DNA of 64,000 nt from Trichosphaerium sp. ATCC 40318 (Eukaryota > Protista > Tubulinea): the NCBI GenBank assembly GCA_038496445.1, contig JALMLS010000009.1, positions 62,001 through 126,000 of the forward strand, read 5' to 3'. Positions within the stretch are counted from its first letter, which is position 1; each line of letters begins with the position of its first letter. Of this stretch, positions 12,610 through 26,176 are shown in pieces. A program made the position numbers and the translations under genes. A model generated the notes under the pieces. That model saw only the letters and a list, made by a program, of their open reading frames with translations. It was not told where the DNA came from and did no database searches.

Positions 12610-15017
12610 TCAAAGTGTAACTGTTTTTTTCTTGAAAGTGCAATAACCACAACAAATGCAACAAATACATAAGAAACATAGCGAAGGAAGCCCTATTACT
12701 CCAGCAATGTAGATAATATTTACAGCAGCATACTTTGCTAAATTAAACATAATAATATTAGGTTCAGACTAAAGTTGACTTATGTAAGTTGACGCACCAC
12801 AGTTACTGCTGTAATCTACACTAATTACACTATCCTGTTTTGTTGATATAGTCTTAAATGAATCCACATTTTTAAAAGCATACGCTGCACGTGTAAGAAC
12901 GATCAGGTTCGAAAAAGTATAATTTTTTACTTACTTTCATTATCGAACTTCATGTACCCTATGAAGCACCCATGAGACCTCCCAACAATATCTATATCGC
13001 ACCAAGCATAGTGAAGACCCCTTTCATATATATGACCAGATAGAGCTACCACATTATGCTTAATGTCTGGATCAATGCTAAAAAGTAAATTAGAGCTACA
13101 ACAAGAGTTTGACTAAGTTATACGTCAGCCTAGTTGTCACGTTATATTCAATCAATATCAAAGACAAATTTGTCTTCGATACATCCTCGTAGTATCCAAC
13201 TATTAGGGCATCTTCTCCATCCTCGCCAGTCACGCGAGTAGCAAGGTATTCAGTTTTTGGTAAAGAAAAATAAGGATAGTCAACCTCAAGCCACTCGCCT
13301 TCACTAAGTTAACAGCTCGTGTACATAGGGTAGAAAAACTAATCCTGGTGAGTACCTGTAGCCAGTGTGTAAATGTGCATGAGACCCTCAAAAAGCAAGT
13401 ACACATATTTCTTTGTCGCTTGAACAGTTACGAAGTTGTCAGATTCCCCCTTAGCAACACTTAACCATGTATCTGTTTCATAGAGATCGTATATTATATC
13501 AGATACTATTGGAACTGTCTTAATCACTGTATAAAGATGGTCTTCGTTTGTAGTGATATACATGTATTTGTCATCCCATCCATCACCGTCAAAACTCTAT
13601 TTTCTTGTTTTAGGTCGTTCTTAATTGAACATTATGATGCCTTAATAGATTTCGAAAACACTTCTTTACGTACAGCTACTTTGGTGTGTCTTTCGAACAT
13701 CCAGTTATTAATAAGTCTCTTCCATATTATCAACTTAGTAACCACAAAGTCACCCTAAGAGACCGATAAGTAGCAGAACGAAAGAAAAGTTGATGCGATG
13801 ATAACTTCATACAATCGCTATACCATACCTTGCTACCAGTAAGATACATTGAGTCTTTGAGTAGAAGTATTGTGCCATCTGATGAATCCGGAAGATCAGT
13901 GTTGTACAGTGTGTCACCCGATATTACATCATAAGCTGACCATCCGACATCATCAGAATCGAAAGCTGCAAGAAAATTAATCTCGGTTTTTGCACGTGAT
14001 CAGTGGTTGTACTTACAAGCGATGATACATTTTGTTTTACCAAGAGCCAATGGAATAAAAGCAGCAACGAATACGACAGAAAATAAGAATATTAGCCCGC
14101 ACAACACCTTTGAGATACAACAGCACTTGGTGTCTCTAAAAAAAACAGAGGTGATTGAAAACTGTGAAAATTAATCTCGTTTTTTTCATCGTTGGCTTAC
14201 TTCCAAGAACGTGATGCAAGGTAAATAGCCAATAAAGGTTTGTGGTAGTTGCTTTCAATCCATTTTGGTTTGCACAACAGAACCTTTGTTACACGAATAC
14301 GTTCTGCTTTAAAAGCAAAAGTCTCATTAATATTTTGATTCCTTACATTTGCTGCGGCCAGCACTGAATGTGCCTCAGTAATACTTAAAAACGAATTGGT
14401 AGAATTATCTTTAAGCCTGAATGAGTTTGGAACAACGAACATAACACTCCCTAGCACGTGTTACAACATCTTTTATCAAACGCAAAAAAAACCTGCTTTT
14501 TTTTGTTGAACATACCATTCAGCAAGGTAGGCGTCAAGAGCTGACACAAACCGATGACAACTTTTCTCTTGTAGATGGTGAGATCAGCGAAATTACTAAT
14601 ACTTCATTTAACGAACCCCAGAGGGAGATAGTCTATGGTGATTTCGGTAATCAATTAGAGTTTTCCATTCGGGACCTGCATTTAGAAAAACGGTAAGGAA
14701 ACTTCTAGGCTTGCCGTTTCAAATAAAAATAAGTTCATACTTGGTTGGAAACCAACTAGACAGCTGTTAATGCAATCCAAATAGTACCTAGTAACTGAGT
14801 TACCGAAAGTTCGATTACATAAGTTAGACTTACATCAACAGCGCTATAGGTGTCCTAGGGACATGTACACGGGAGCCCGTTTGTTGTATCAGTAATGACC
14901 TTTCGTTTGCTACTGCTGCTGTGACTGTAGGGCTATTATTTGGTCTGTTTGTAATAATTCTTGTCTGAGAATACAAGTAATTAGTTTTCTACGTTTAAAA
15001 TAATAACGAACCGTCAT
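12610..15017 (-). CDS. Hypothetical multi-exon membrane protein (two hydrophobic segments, Cys-rich tail)
   Basis: A continuous frame was traced through about 11 GT-AG introns from ATG 15017 to TGA 12610. Confidence 0.6.
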
Positions 15018-15497
15018 CTTGACCCTATGCGCACGTGATAATGTTTAGTTTTAGGTCAGAACATTTCAAGAATGAGTTTATTTTCCGGCAGGGTGATAGG
15101 GAGAACCATAGTCACGTGATTTACTTCAGCGCGACAAAGCTGTTTAGTACTCGAGAACAGTTGTGCTTTGTCCTAGTTAGTACATATTATCGCAACTTTT
15201 CTCGATCTATCAGATGAAACCTGCGTTGACTTTTCTTTCGAAAATACTGCTCCAAAAATAATAGGTAGGAAGTTTCACTAGCCTATTGATTTTATCTTTT
15301 TTTGCTTCTTTGATATCCAAGAATTAACGATTAGCGTACCATCACGGCAGCGTACTAAATCGAACGTTGTTCTGTTTATTTTACATTGTAAATGTAACTG
15401 CAAATGTCTTCTCGAGGTATGCTTCTATTTGCAAGTACGTTCGATAATGGCTGCGCTTTTAGCTGACAATATTTATGTAATACAATTTAATGATCTA

Positions 15498-16496
15498 TCA
15501 TGGCATTGGTTTACTAGCTTGCTTCATAGCATCTGAAAGCCAGTCCATTGCATCGTAGATATTTTCACCTGTTTTACATGATACACCATATAATCTGTTT
15601 GTTTTGTTAGGCATTGCTTCCAAGCCCATCTTCTCTTCAACTTCTTTTATTGACATTGAACTTTCTAAATCCTAGTTTTTTACCTAAATTAGCACCTGTT
15701 TATATTAGGTTCTACGTACTGTTTTGGTTGCCACCACAAGCACTGGAACATTATTGTCAATTTTTTCGTTTCTAGTGAGCGTTTGAAGCTCAATTGCAGC
15801 TGCAACAATCAGGTCACAGTGCAGGACAAAAGCGAACCAGTTTCAAACAACAGAATGAAAAATATTGCCTCGTGTACCTGTTTCCATTGATTCTTCATCG
15901 TTACTGTCCACAACGAATATTATTCCTTTAGTCCTTTGCAAGTATTAAACAAAGACTAAAAAACTGTTGCATGATCATACTCATTGTAGTAATGTCTATG
16001 AAGAATTCGCTCAGTGCTATTGTTCGGTTTTATCGGGTAACTACAACAAAAACTCAGTAAACATCTCCCTTTAAACCCGTCTCGCAAGCAAGCATTAAAA
16101 AAAGGTAAAACCGGTGAATAAACAAACCACGTGATAAAAGTATGACTAAAGGCGTAAATGCAACTAAAAGTACTTTCAAGCTAATACCACAAGTGGGCGT
16201 TAGCGTCCCAAAAAGTTGTGTTTGAGGCTTTTTTTAGCTTCTTCAAAAAAAACGTTCCGTACGTTACAAATTCAATCTTCTTGTAGTATATAGTCTGTAC
16301 GCTACACCCTGAGCTACTTGTTAGTAATAAAACGTAAAACGAAAACTATTGTACCAATGCTTCGCGAAAAACCTACTTCTGCCCCAAGGTCTAATTTGTT
16401 TAAAAAACTCTTTACCCCTGCATTTTGAAGCCCAATAACCAGAATACGTGACTCATCCTTTGAATCACCTTTAAACAACTGCAATGCGTTACCCAT
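15498..16496 (-). CDS. ARF/ARL-like protein with degenerate GTP-binding motifs
   Basis: MGN start, RILVIGLQNAGVKS, RHYYNETKGIIFVVDSND, VVATKTDL and SCKTGENIYDAMDWL. Confidence 0.8.
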
Positions 16497-17057
16497 GCGC
16501 AGAAAAGAGAAGGTGAGACCTTTAAAACTACTTTTACAATACAACGGAGGCAGGACTTAACAACAGAAATTCAGTTTGTGTGACTACGCTGATTCGAGTC
16601 CTGGAAGCTCAATAGTCATAGACAGAAGTGATCTTGTGTCGTATGACTCTAACACATCGAGAGACACTAGTTTCCTAATGAGCAGCTCAATACCAGAATC
16701 AGTAGAAAACGTACAATCATGTGCGTCAACTTGTTTTGCTCAACGCTTGCTATTTAATACTAAAACACAACTATCAATTTGGACCAACATGCTATTATAA
16801 TACAGGTAGCGTAAAATAGCAGCTAATTGTTAAGCAATTAATGCTATACATTCGCTGAATGTAATTTTATTATCACTGTCACTCGTACGTACGTAAATAT
16901 CATGACGTGTTTCTCATTGCAATTCATCTTGGGTTGAGTTTTTATTGTTTTGCAGGAAAACAAATTTTGTGGGTAGAAGCTACATACAAAGCAAAATAAA
17001 AATAGACTACGGTGGTGAAAACCTTTAATAAGTACTTGATGAACTTGTAACAAGCAT

Positions 17058-18626
17058 TTAAATGACAGGATAGGTAGCTTCATTTGCGATTCCGCAAGTA
17101 TCTTCGCCCATCTCTAAGTGAATGTATCCATCAATACCCCAATCTAAAAATTGAAGTCAACAAACCGAAAAAAAAAAAAAGATGTAAAGCGAAATGCACT
17201 GTACCTGTTCCCCAGCTGTTTCTGACCATGTAGTAGTTACCGGTCTTATCAAAACCAACAAGTTGTACGCAATGGTCTAACTCATTTATCCATGCACATT
17301 CATCATGTGTCATTACACCACTCTTGTAGTCTTGCCTTATAAAAAAGTCAAACAAAAACTTTTTTTAACGTCTACAAACAAAAGGACTACAAGAAACAAG
17401 TACCAGTTGGAGGCATCTACACAAACGCTGAGTGGTCCTTTGTTTACTAGGTTTTCTTGTAGAGTTGTCTCAGAGTACCTGTTGATCATTTAGAAGAAAA
17501 AAGTAGGAACAATAAAAAAACTCTTACCAAGAAGTGGCGTATTCCCAACTCTTGATTGATGCTACGACTTTTGATTTATCAAAAGAACATTCACCGTTCT
17601 TTGCTTTGTAAGGGTAATCAGCCTCAGCTTCAAGACCACCAGCCTAGTAACACAAATAGTTAGAAAAATTTGCTACAAAAAAAAAACCAAGAAAGGTACA
17701 TTGATAACGTATTCATAAGCTGTTGGTGGGTTTCCTCCATTACAACCCAAGTCACTGTCATCACAGTCAACTAGTATATGTTAACGATATCATTTAGGGA
17801 ACAATTAGTTGATAATAAGTTGATACTTACCAATTTGTTGTGGAGCTAATCTCAAAGTGTTAACTGAGGCATTCTTAGCCAATATCCAGAAAGATTCAAT
17901 AGCTTCGGTAACTGAGAACGCCCAGCAACTACCACATTGTTCTTGGTTCTTTACTGGAGTTACACAGTCTTTAGTACGCCTTTTGAATGAATATCAAGGT
18001 AAGCAAAGGTCACGTGGAGCAAGGACTTTAGTTCGCATCAAAAAAAAAAAAAACAAAAAAAAAAAGCGCACCAATCGACTTTTGTAGGGAGTGCTGCAGG
18101 TTCTCTCTCGTCTTCAGTTTTCCTTGCTGGTTTATCGCTTACTTTAATGCCAGGGTTCAACAAATAACGTTGCTTGAATTCAAGAGGCGTTAAATCTACA
18201 AAAAAAGCGTTAGTGTTCGGTTTAAACGCGCCTGACAAACTCTAAGAACGTACCAGAAAATTTTGTAACGCCGTATACAGCGCTCTTTGAGCGTTGGTTT
18301 TTGGCTTCAATACGTTGGAGAGATGCCTGGTAGGACAAGGTAATTAGCAAGAACAGTCTTCTTTTCGCTTTGAAATGTCACTTTGCGCGAAAATAACTAC
18401 GCTACGCTCTAGTTACGTACCTTGAAGTTAGCAAAGCGGATATCATGTTCTTCCGCGGTATATTGCTTTTTATGGGCAATTTTAAACGCTACAAACTTCT
18501 CGTATGCGACTAGGTATGTGTAAACAGCGTATAAAGGTAAAAACGTTAACTATTACCGGTATCCTCATCTACGGTGATGGCGAAGGCTAAACAAGCCAAT
18601 GATAATAAAAGAAACACAGCTTTCAT
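17058..18626 (-). CDS. Papain-family (C1A) cysteine protease with I29 propeptide
   Basis: Signal peptide, [28 protein letters not shown] and VRNSWG. Nine GT-AG introns. Confidence 0.95.
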
Positions 18627-18917
18627 CGCTAGCGTTGGTATGTAAATTGAATTTGTGCACATGAAAGAATGTGAACAACCAAAACAAGCTTTGGAGAAAC
18701 TTCTAGAGGCTTATTTCGCCAAACGAGAGTTCCTTGCACGCACTACGAATAAGGTATCAATGTGGCACATTAATACAAATGCCTGTGACTAAAATTACAG
18801 TTTATTTTAATACTGTAAAAATTGGCTCTGCACGTGCCAATGTACAGTTTGGTAGTCATGAAGAACTCGTGGAAAACTCAACTGACCAATTAGCAGTTAT
18901 TAAAATCTTGCAAACAA

Positions 18918-19891
18918 TGAGCAGAACACAACTGGACGAGTCCACAAGCTTGTACAACATTCGCATTTATCTTCTTATTAAAAAGTACTAATATTAAACG
19001 TTCAGGGTTGAAAGAAATAGCAGCAACGTTAACGACACTGATAACAGTTATGACTTGTATCTAGCGGGGCAAGCAACGTTGCTTTACAAGGCTGTAGATT
19101 CGTATCGCTTGGGTTTAATTCTTACTTCATTCAGCTTTTGTGTTATCTTTTTCTACATCCTTCTATTGCAATTTTTAAATCCCTCGTATGATCAGTTGGT
19201 AAACGAGCTCGGGGCTAGGGGTTGCGAAATTATTAACACCACTGACTTCTCAGATGCTCAAACAAAACAGAAACCAGAACAAGTTTCCAGAGAAGTGTGT
19301 GATGGGCGTCACGTGATTGTTCCATCGTATCAAATCTATACCCTAAACTGTAGTAATTTGGATGTAGATGAGTTCCGAACTCATCTAATTGAAGCGAATT
19401 TTCCCATTTTGCAGTATGTTATCAACTTCTTCGCTGCGTCTGCTCTTGCAGTAATTATATTCTCACTGAAATCAATTATGGAGCTAGTTGTAATAGTAAA
19501 GTGGAAACTACCACTCCATGGAAGTTCGCTTTGGGAAACCCTCTGTTTTGGACATCATCACTGAAGTACATACGAACCCCACGACGGATACCCTTGAAAG
19601 CAGTGTTGGTAAACAGTTGTATATTACTTGGTGCTTTCGCGAGCTTAGGTCTGGCATACCTGGCGCTAAGTTTTTCTAATATGACTACATATACTTGCCT
19701 CATATATGTACGTGGTACTGGTTTTGTATTTGGTGGTATTTCTCGCTCTTTTCAGTGTTGCTTACTTTTTAATGGCATTCACCGCACTTACATTTTATGC
19801 TTGTTGTATGAAAAATAGAGAAAGAGCACGTTTTGATATACGTACAAGAATCAGAGACACTTTTGAAATAATAAAGTATCTAGAGAATTGA
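18918..19891 (+). CDS. Hypothetical multi-pass membrane protein with two compensating frameshifts
   Basis: Hydrophobic segments are spread over ORFs 19055, 19501 and 19706, and no splice sites explain the frame switches. Confidence 0.5.
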
Positions 19892-22366
19892 ACTTTGTAG
19901 AAGTAGAATATCTGGTTAATAGTTATTGTGTTCAAAATTGGTTTTTATGGTACAGTTTGGTTTTTTTTACAAAAAAGTATTATTGACTTCTATTCACTGC
20001 TGCAACCGGTTCAAGAAAACTGAAACTAATGCAATGGTATACAAATCTATACCGGTAGTCGTACGTACCTGGCTTGATAAAATCTCAGCTTCCACCGCAA
20101 GGAATTTTGACATTAGATTTAAACAGCATGATCTTGCTTTCGAATGAACGTATTCGAGGCTATTAGGAGAATAAAAGCAGTATTGGTACCCTACTGTCGA
20201 GATGACCGGTAACTTAGTTAGTTTGAAATCTCGCTACTGACCTTGCAGTACAAGCTAATCTCAAAACGAGCGTAGTGCTTCGTGTGAGGCAACTAAAACG
20301 AACATGTTTTATTCAAAGCTTTATTTTGTAACACAATACCCTGGGTGATAGATCTGCTTTCGCAAGAAGCATACTAGCGTCTCGACCGAATACTGATATT
20401 GTAAGAAGAGAAATCTACCGGATATATCCTCAAACAGTACTTTTAAGCGTATGCGCAGCGTAGGATACTAGAATAGCTCATTGGGTAAGCTCTTATTTGG
20501 GACAACAAGCTCAACACCCGCAACTTGTTGTGTACGAATACAAGTAGCAACGTGTAGTGTTTCTTTGCATTTGTTTTGGTTTGACGTAGGGTTTAAGGTA
20601 TTAAGCGCAGCATATTTACATGTGCCCCTAATGATGGTGTTCACAGCGATTTAGATAACACAAGGAGCTTTGTCTAAAAACAGTATGTCACGACCTTTTG
20701 TCTTTTTTGGATTTTTTTTCACAATGAAAGTATCCCAAAAAAAAAAAACTTGTTTCCAACTTCAAAAGTCACTCTGCTGTATTCTTTATAGCACAATCAA
20801 CTGATTGAGCGTTTCTTGAGATTTTAACTTCCAGTTTGAGATATGAGGGCGTCAGGAGGATCTCAAAGAAAAGTCAGAAAAAAATCAAAAACCAGAAGAA
20901 AAAGGATTATTATTTTTTTTCTAGTCGAAGCTCGTGTTTGAAACGTTTTCTGTTCGCTTGGATCTGAGCTCGCCTTCATTCGACCGTATTATCTTTAAAG
21001 TACGAAAGCATATTAAAAGTTAAAGTTCCCCTACGCTCCGAGAAATATGTTAACAAGTCGCTCCACGTTCTATTTCATTGGGTAGCATGTAGCATTACAA
21101 AGTATTAATAATCTTTGTTGTGTTTACGCTCATCTACTCGCTTACTGGTCACTCCTCGCGACCAGAAGAATGCTGCAAACGACGAACCATTTTTAAACGT
21201 TGGTGATGAAACAGTTTACCAGAACGATCAGTTTGAGTTCGTCCTAAGGCTATTCCAACGCTACGCAAAGGTGTTCCATGTTGTTTTTAATTTATACTTA
21301 TTAGGCTTTGCTAAATAGTTTCATACAATTTTTCTTAGTTGAATGATGCTAGTTTGGCTTGGATTAACCTTATCCTTGCCAACTATACAGTTGGTTAGAC
21401 ATACGTTACCATAATACGAGGCTTCCGCAAGAATGATGCGCGTAACCGTGTCGGTGCCATTTTAACCTTGTATTCTCCAAAACCTGGTTTCGGCGACTTT
21501 TTAGCGAGTTGCGAAAACTACGCGGCTTAACTACAACCAAATCTGTACTGTTCTACAACGCTCACAACACCTCTCAACAGAAACAAAACCGATATGTCGA
21601 TGCTAAGTGAAACCTAACCGCGCAGGGTGCGTTAAAAGTGCGTCCCTATTACCCATTTTACTACTACTAACGGTAGTAGCCCATTCTGATGATACAGAGC
21701 CTGTAAATCACTCGTTAGTGTACCAGCGCATCTGCACTTGTCTGTTGCACACTGGTACCCGTTCCCCGTACCGCAGTGTATTAATAGAGCAAAGAGTGAT
21801 CTCCTATCTGACTTTTCGGTCTTGCTCTTAAATTGTCGTCAGTCGTCAGTTCTTGTGGGTCATAGTAGCCTACCATCGTTACTCCTAAACGATAATTGCT
21901 GCCCCTCCTAGACCTGGGGGTGCAGCAGTTATCGTTAAAATCAGAGGCATCGATTTGAGAAGGGCAGACTACAGTGACAGACAACTTTTCTAGAATCTCA
22001 ACCTCAGACTGTATGTCTATGTGCAAGAGTAGAACAAACTCGCGCGTAGCGTATGTGGAGGTCTAATTATGCCGAGAGCATGTTACGTTTACGTAAAAAG
22101 AGAAAAATTATCGGCATAGGAACTGACAGACAATTTGGTATTCTGATTTTTTGGAATTAAAATTTTATTTTGCTCAAAAGCTGTTTATTCGATTTACATC
22201 GCTAGTGTGTTGGTGTTTTTGTTTTCTGTTTGTACTAATTTTGCTTATGGGGCCTTTATTAGTCGGACCAACTTCGCTTGGGCCGAAGTCAAGCTTGTTC
22301 TCTGTTCAATGATTTGCCAAACAAATAAGTGATCAAAAACACTGTGTGAGTGCCTAAAAACGTACT

Positions 22367-23894
22367 ATGGCATACGACGGACGCGGCGTTGACGCTATTT
22401 TGATACCACCACGCCTAAGAGACAAGCTAAAACGTAAAGGCTATCAAAAAGAAGCCGATTTTGTTGATGTTAGGCCTGTGGCGCTTTCAAGAGGTATTTA
22501 CGTCGATTTATACCATTTAATAACGTTTCTGAACAGAAATTGGTTGTACGCCCAAAGAAGCCATGCAAATATTACGTGCGGTTAAAAACCCAAGTACAAA
22601 CACGCCTGCCATTGATGTAGAGCAACCAACTCATTGTTAGTATTTACTGGAAACCAGAAAAACTTTACGCTAACGACTGTAGCCACAAACAATCACCTGA
22701 GAGGAAAAACGGCGTTTCAGGTACTCGAACAAGAAAGTAACCAACAACCAATTGTTACATTCTGTAAATCGCTGGATACTATACTAGGAGGTGGTACGCA
22801 TTGATAGGCGTACGTATACGCGAAAAATAATTAAGCTTGTAAAGGTGTTCCCATCGGTCGCGTAACTGAGTTCTGTGGTGTGCCAGGTATCGGTAAGACG
22901 CAAATGGGGTACGTAACGCTCCACGTCAACGTTGATTTAAACGTGCAAAGAAAATGACAAAATGTAGCATGCAACTCTCGTGTAATGTGCATATACCAGA
23001 CGAAATGGGAGGTGTCGGAGGTGAAGCCATATATATAGATACTGAAGGTAGTTTCATGCCAACACGATGCAGTGAGATAGCAGGAGCACTCGCCAAACAT
23101 ATTGATGGCTGCATGGTAAGAATGTTTTATTTTTCTCCAACTTGGTCTGTATCTTTATCTCTTCTCCTGCTTACCGCTTTGATAGGAGCCTGTTGATGAA
23201 GATAACTCAGAGGAGGTATTAAAGTCTATATTGGATGGTATACACTACTGGCGTATACATGATTACATTCAACAAATTGCACTTATAAATATCCTTCCTT
23301 CTTGGCTTGATGAGCATCCAGGAGTAAGACTTATTGCAATTGATAGTATAGCATTTCACTTTAGGTACTTTCTACAAACTTTACTAAATATTTATCACGT
23401 GATTTTTGTTTATTCACACGTGTTTTGTTTTTTAAAGGCATGGGTTTGAGGATAAGATGGCTTTGAGAACAAGAGTTCTTAACTCTATAGCGATGAAGCT
23501 TCAGTATATTGCAGAGAAATATCAACTTGCGGTATGATACGAACAGCTTTTTTTTTTTACTTCCTTCTCATTCTTCCTCACTGATTATATCTTTTAGGTT
23601 GTTGTTATAAACCAAGTCACAACAAAAATAGAAGGTCCTCTACAAAAAGCTAGACTTGCACCCGCTTTGGGGCATAGTTGGGGTCATGCGTGTACGTTAA
23701 GACCAAAGTTTTTGTTGTACCTTTTTTTATTTGTGGTTCACAAAAATAATGTACTTGTAGGTTCGTTGAGGATTAACTTATATTGGGAAGGTAGTAGCAG
23801 AAAAGCTTTCTTGCTAAAATCACCACAAAACCAGCAAATGTCTGCGTCTTATTTGGTTACTCCAGAGGGTATAAGGGACTTACCAGAGCAATAG
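22367..23894 (+). CDS. RAD51C: DNA repair protein RAD51 paralog C
   Basis: IVTFCKSLDTILGGG, Walker A GVPGIGKTQ, EAIYIDTEGSF, Walker B LIAIDSIAFHFRH, VVVINQVTT and LGHSWGHA. Confidence 0.92.
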
Positions 23895-24215
23895 TTTCAG
23901 CCACAAAAAAAAATGTACATAAAAAAAAACCAAAAAACGCTTCTGTATTTTGCGAAACCCTTGTTTGTTCTTATCAGTCCAAAACTTGCATCAATCAAAA
24001 TACAACAATACCAAACATGAAAAATTAGAACACATTTTATTAATAGAATAAGTCACGCGCTTAGTAAATAGATACAGTAAGAGTAAAATACAATACTTCA
24101 TGTTTCTTTTTTTTTTTCAAACGCAGAAACACAAAACGACCATCTACGAATTATATACAACGCTATATCTTTACCTTTGTTTGCGTATACTTCCACAACA
24201 ATTTTGAGGGAAGAT

Positions 24216-25965
24216 CTATGATCCTTCAAAGTGCATCCTTGTAGAGGTGTGATTATACGCTGCATTTACAGTGGATATTAAAGGGTCTGATTCTTCTCTT
24301 TTCTTAGTGCGTAATCGCCAACTAGCGGAATTAAACAAACTGTGTACTTGATAAAGACGTACCTGAATACAAACTCATACAAGAACCCTCCCGCTAAGGC
24401 ACCAATTGTTGGACCTAGTGGTATTTCAGGAACAACTACTTGTAATCTATAAAAAAATTTGACCTGAAATGTACACCCAAAATCCGTTTCTGGGTCCTGG
24501 AAATGCCATGCTGTTCCATCCAGCTAAAATCGTTCGTATGAGGACTAAAAGATACCAGCAGTAGTTGCTTGATGCCACATACCCAAAAAACATACAATCC
24601 TTGGACCAATATCACGTGCAGGGTTAAAGCAAGCCTTTTACAAAACAAGGTAAACACTTTGGAGTACACTGTGGAAAGTAATCTCGTACCATTGTTAATG
24701 GAGCAAAAATACATATGAGACAAGCTACAGTGAATCCAATAAAAAATGGAGCCATACCTAAGTACTTTTTTAAAAAAGTTGCAATAAATGACGATAAAGC
24801 AAAAAAAGAAATATAATCACGACTGCCTGTACCTTTGATAGTTGGTGATAAATCTTTATTACGCTCATCAGTAAATGTGAATACTACCATTATCATAATT
24901 AAAGTTCCAAATGCTTCAATACACATAGCTTCAATGGAAGTAACCAAAGAATCGTCTATACAAGAAAATAATAAGAAAATTATATCAACTCACAAAAAAA
25001 AACCATTGTGGTACTTGTACTCGTGCCAAAGATTTGAGGATTTGGGAACTTTTTGTGTGTGAGTTATATGAATAATACTGTAATACATACGTAACAGCCA
25101 AACATCATAGCAGATAACTGACTCCCTACAAAGACAACAAGTGAGGTTGATAACAAAAAAAGATTAAAAAAAAAAATTAAACCCAGCGAGGTACCTTGCT
25201 GCCCTCTTGTCAACTTATTATCCTTCTCGAACTTTGCTATTAATTTACGATAACTGCCTGACAAAAAAAAAAGATTAACTCAACGAAAGGCCTTTCTCAG
25301 CGTACCAAAAACTGCAGCTGAAGCAAGTACAGCGCCAACAAATTGAGCACAAACATATACGAACAGTTTTATCCTTTGTTGAATCATCAGTACTTACTGG
25401 TATATCAGAACATACCACGTCATTCTTGAGCGCTTTTTACGCCATATAAGAAACGCCAGTGAAACGACAGGATTCAACTAACGAGCAAGTTTAATAATGG
25501 ACAGAAAAGTAAACTAACGCGTCTTACGTGGGCTCCTATGGATTAGTAAGTAAATTAGGGTATCTTGTATCTTATTTACATTACCTGATGTGGAATCTGA
25601 AAGATAAATTGCTAGAGTAATACCAAACGCCCAAACGGAGCCAGTCTGAGCAAACTAAGTTATTTTCATTACATTTGACAAACTGTATTGCCTGATATAT
25701 TCCTATGGCTTGCGTAAGCTGCTTGAGTGATTTTTACGCTTGCTTACCCTCCACTGCGTTCGTTGTTAGAGTAATGGCGTTCTAGGCGTAATTCAGCGCA
25801 TAAGTGACAAATAAGCGCTCCGTACGATGCTAGTCCCTATAAACACTAATATAAACGTTCCTAGAACCTCAGCAAAGAAGCTAATAAAAGTTATGGCTAA
25901 AATAAGCTAAGCAAGCACTACCAATGAACTAGATTGCTTTCTGAGGCAGCACGTAACGTTTTCAT
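24216..25965 (-). CDS. Aquaglyceroporin (MIP family)
   Basis: FFAEVLGT, SGAHLNPV, CFNPARDIGPR and GPTIGALAG. Includes two microexons. Confidence 0.9.
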
Positions 25966-26176
25966 GGCCTCAGTACAAGTCACAATGTCCGGAAATGAAA
26001 ACTGAGACGACTTTTCATGTTTGGGAACTCTTGCTCGTTCTTTAACAAATTTCGCTAACACTTTTCAAAATAAGTGTTATTATACTTACAAGGGTGGTTC
26101 ATTTTACCCTTCAGATGAGGTTGCATTACTGGCAAGTGTGAACTTACTTTTCGCTACCACGTGCGCAATTGGTACT

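Noticed and set aside
14305-14373. Possible GC-AG intron (GAG|GCACAT)
   Set aside because: The unspliced frame stays open and reads as protein, whereas splicing would create an early stop.
19560-19690. Stop-codon reassignment
   Set aside because: All three stop codons terminate genes elsewhere, and conserved genes show no in-frame stops once spliced.
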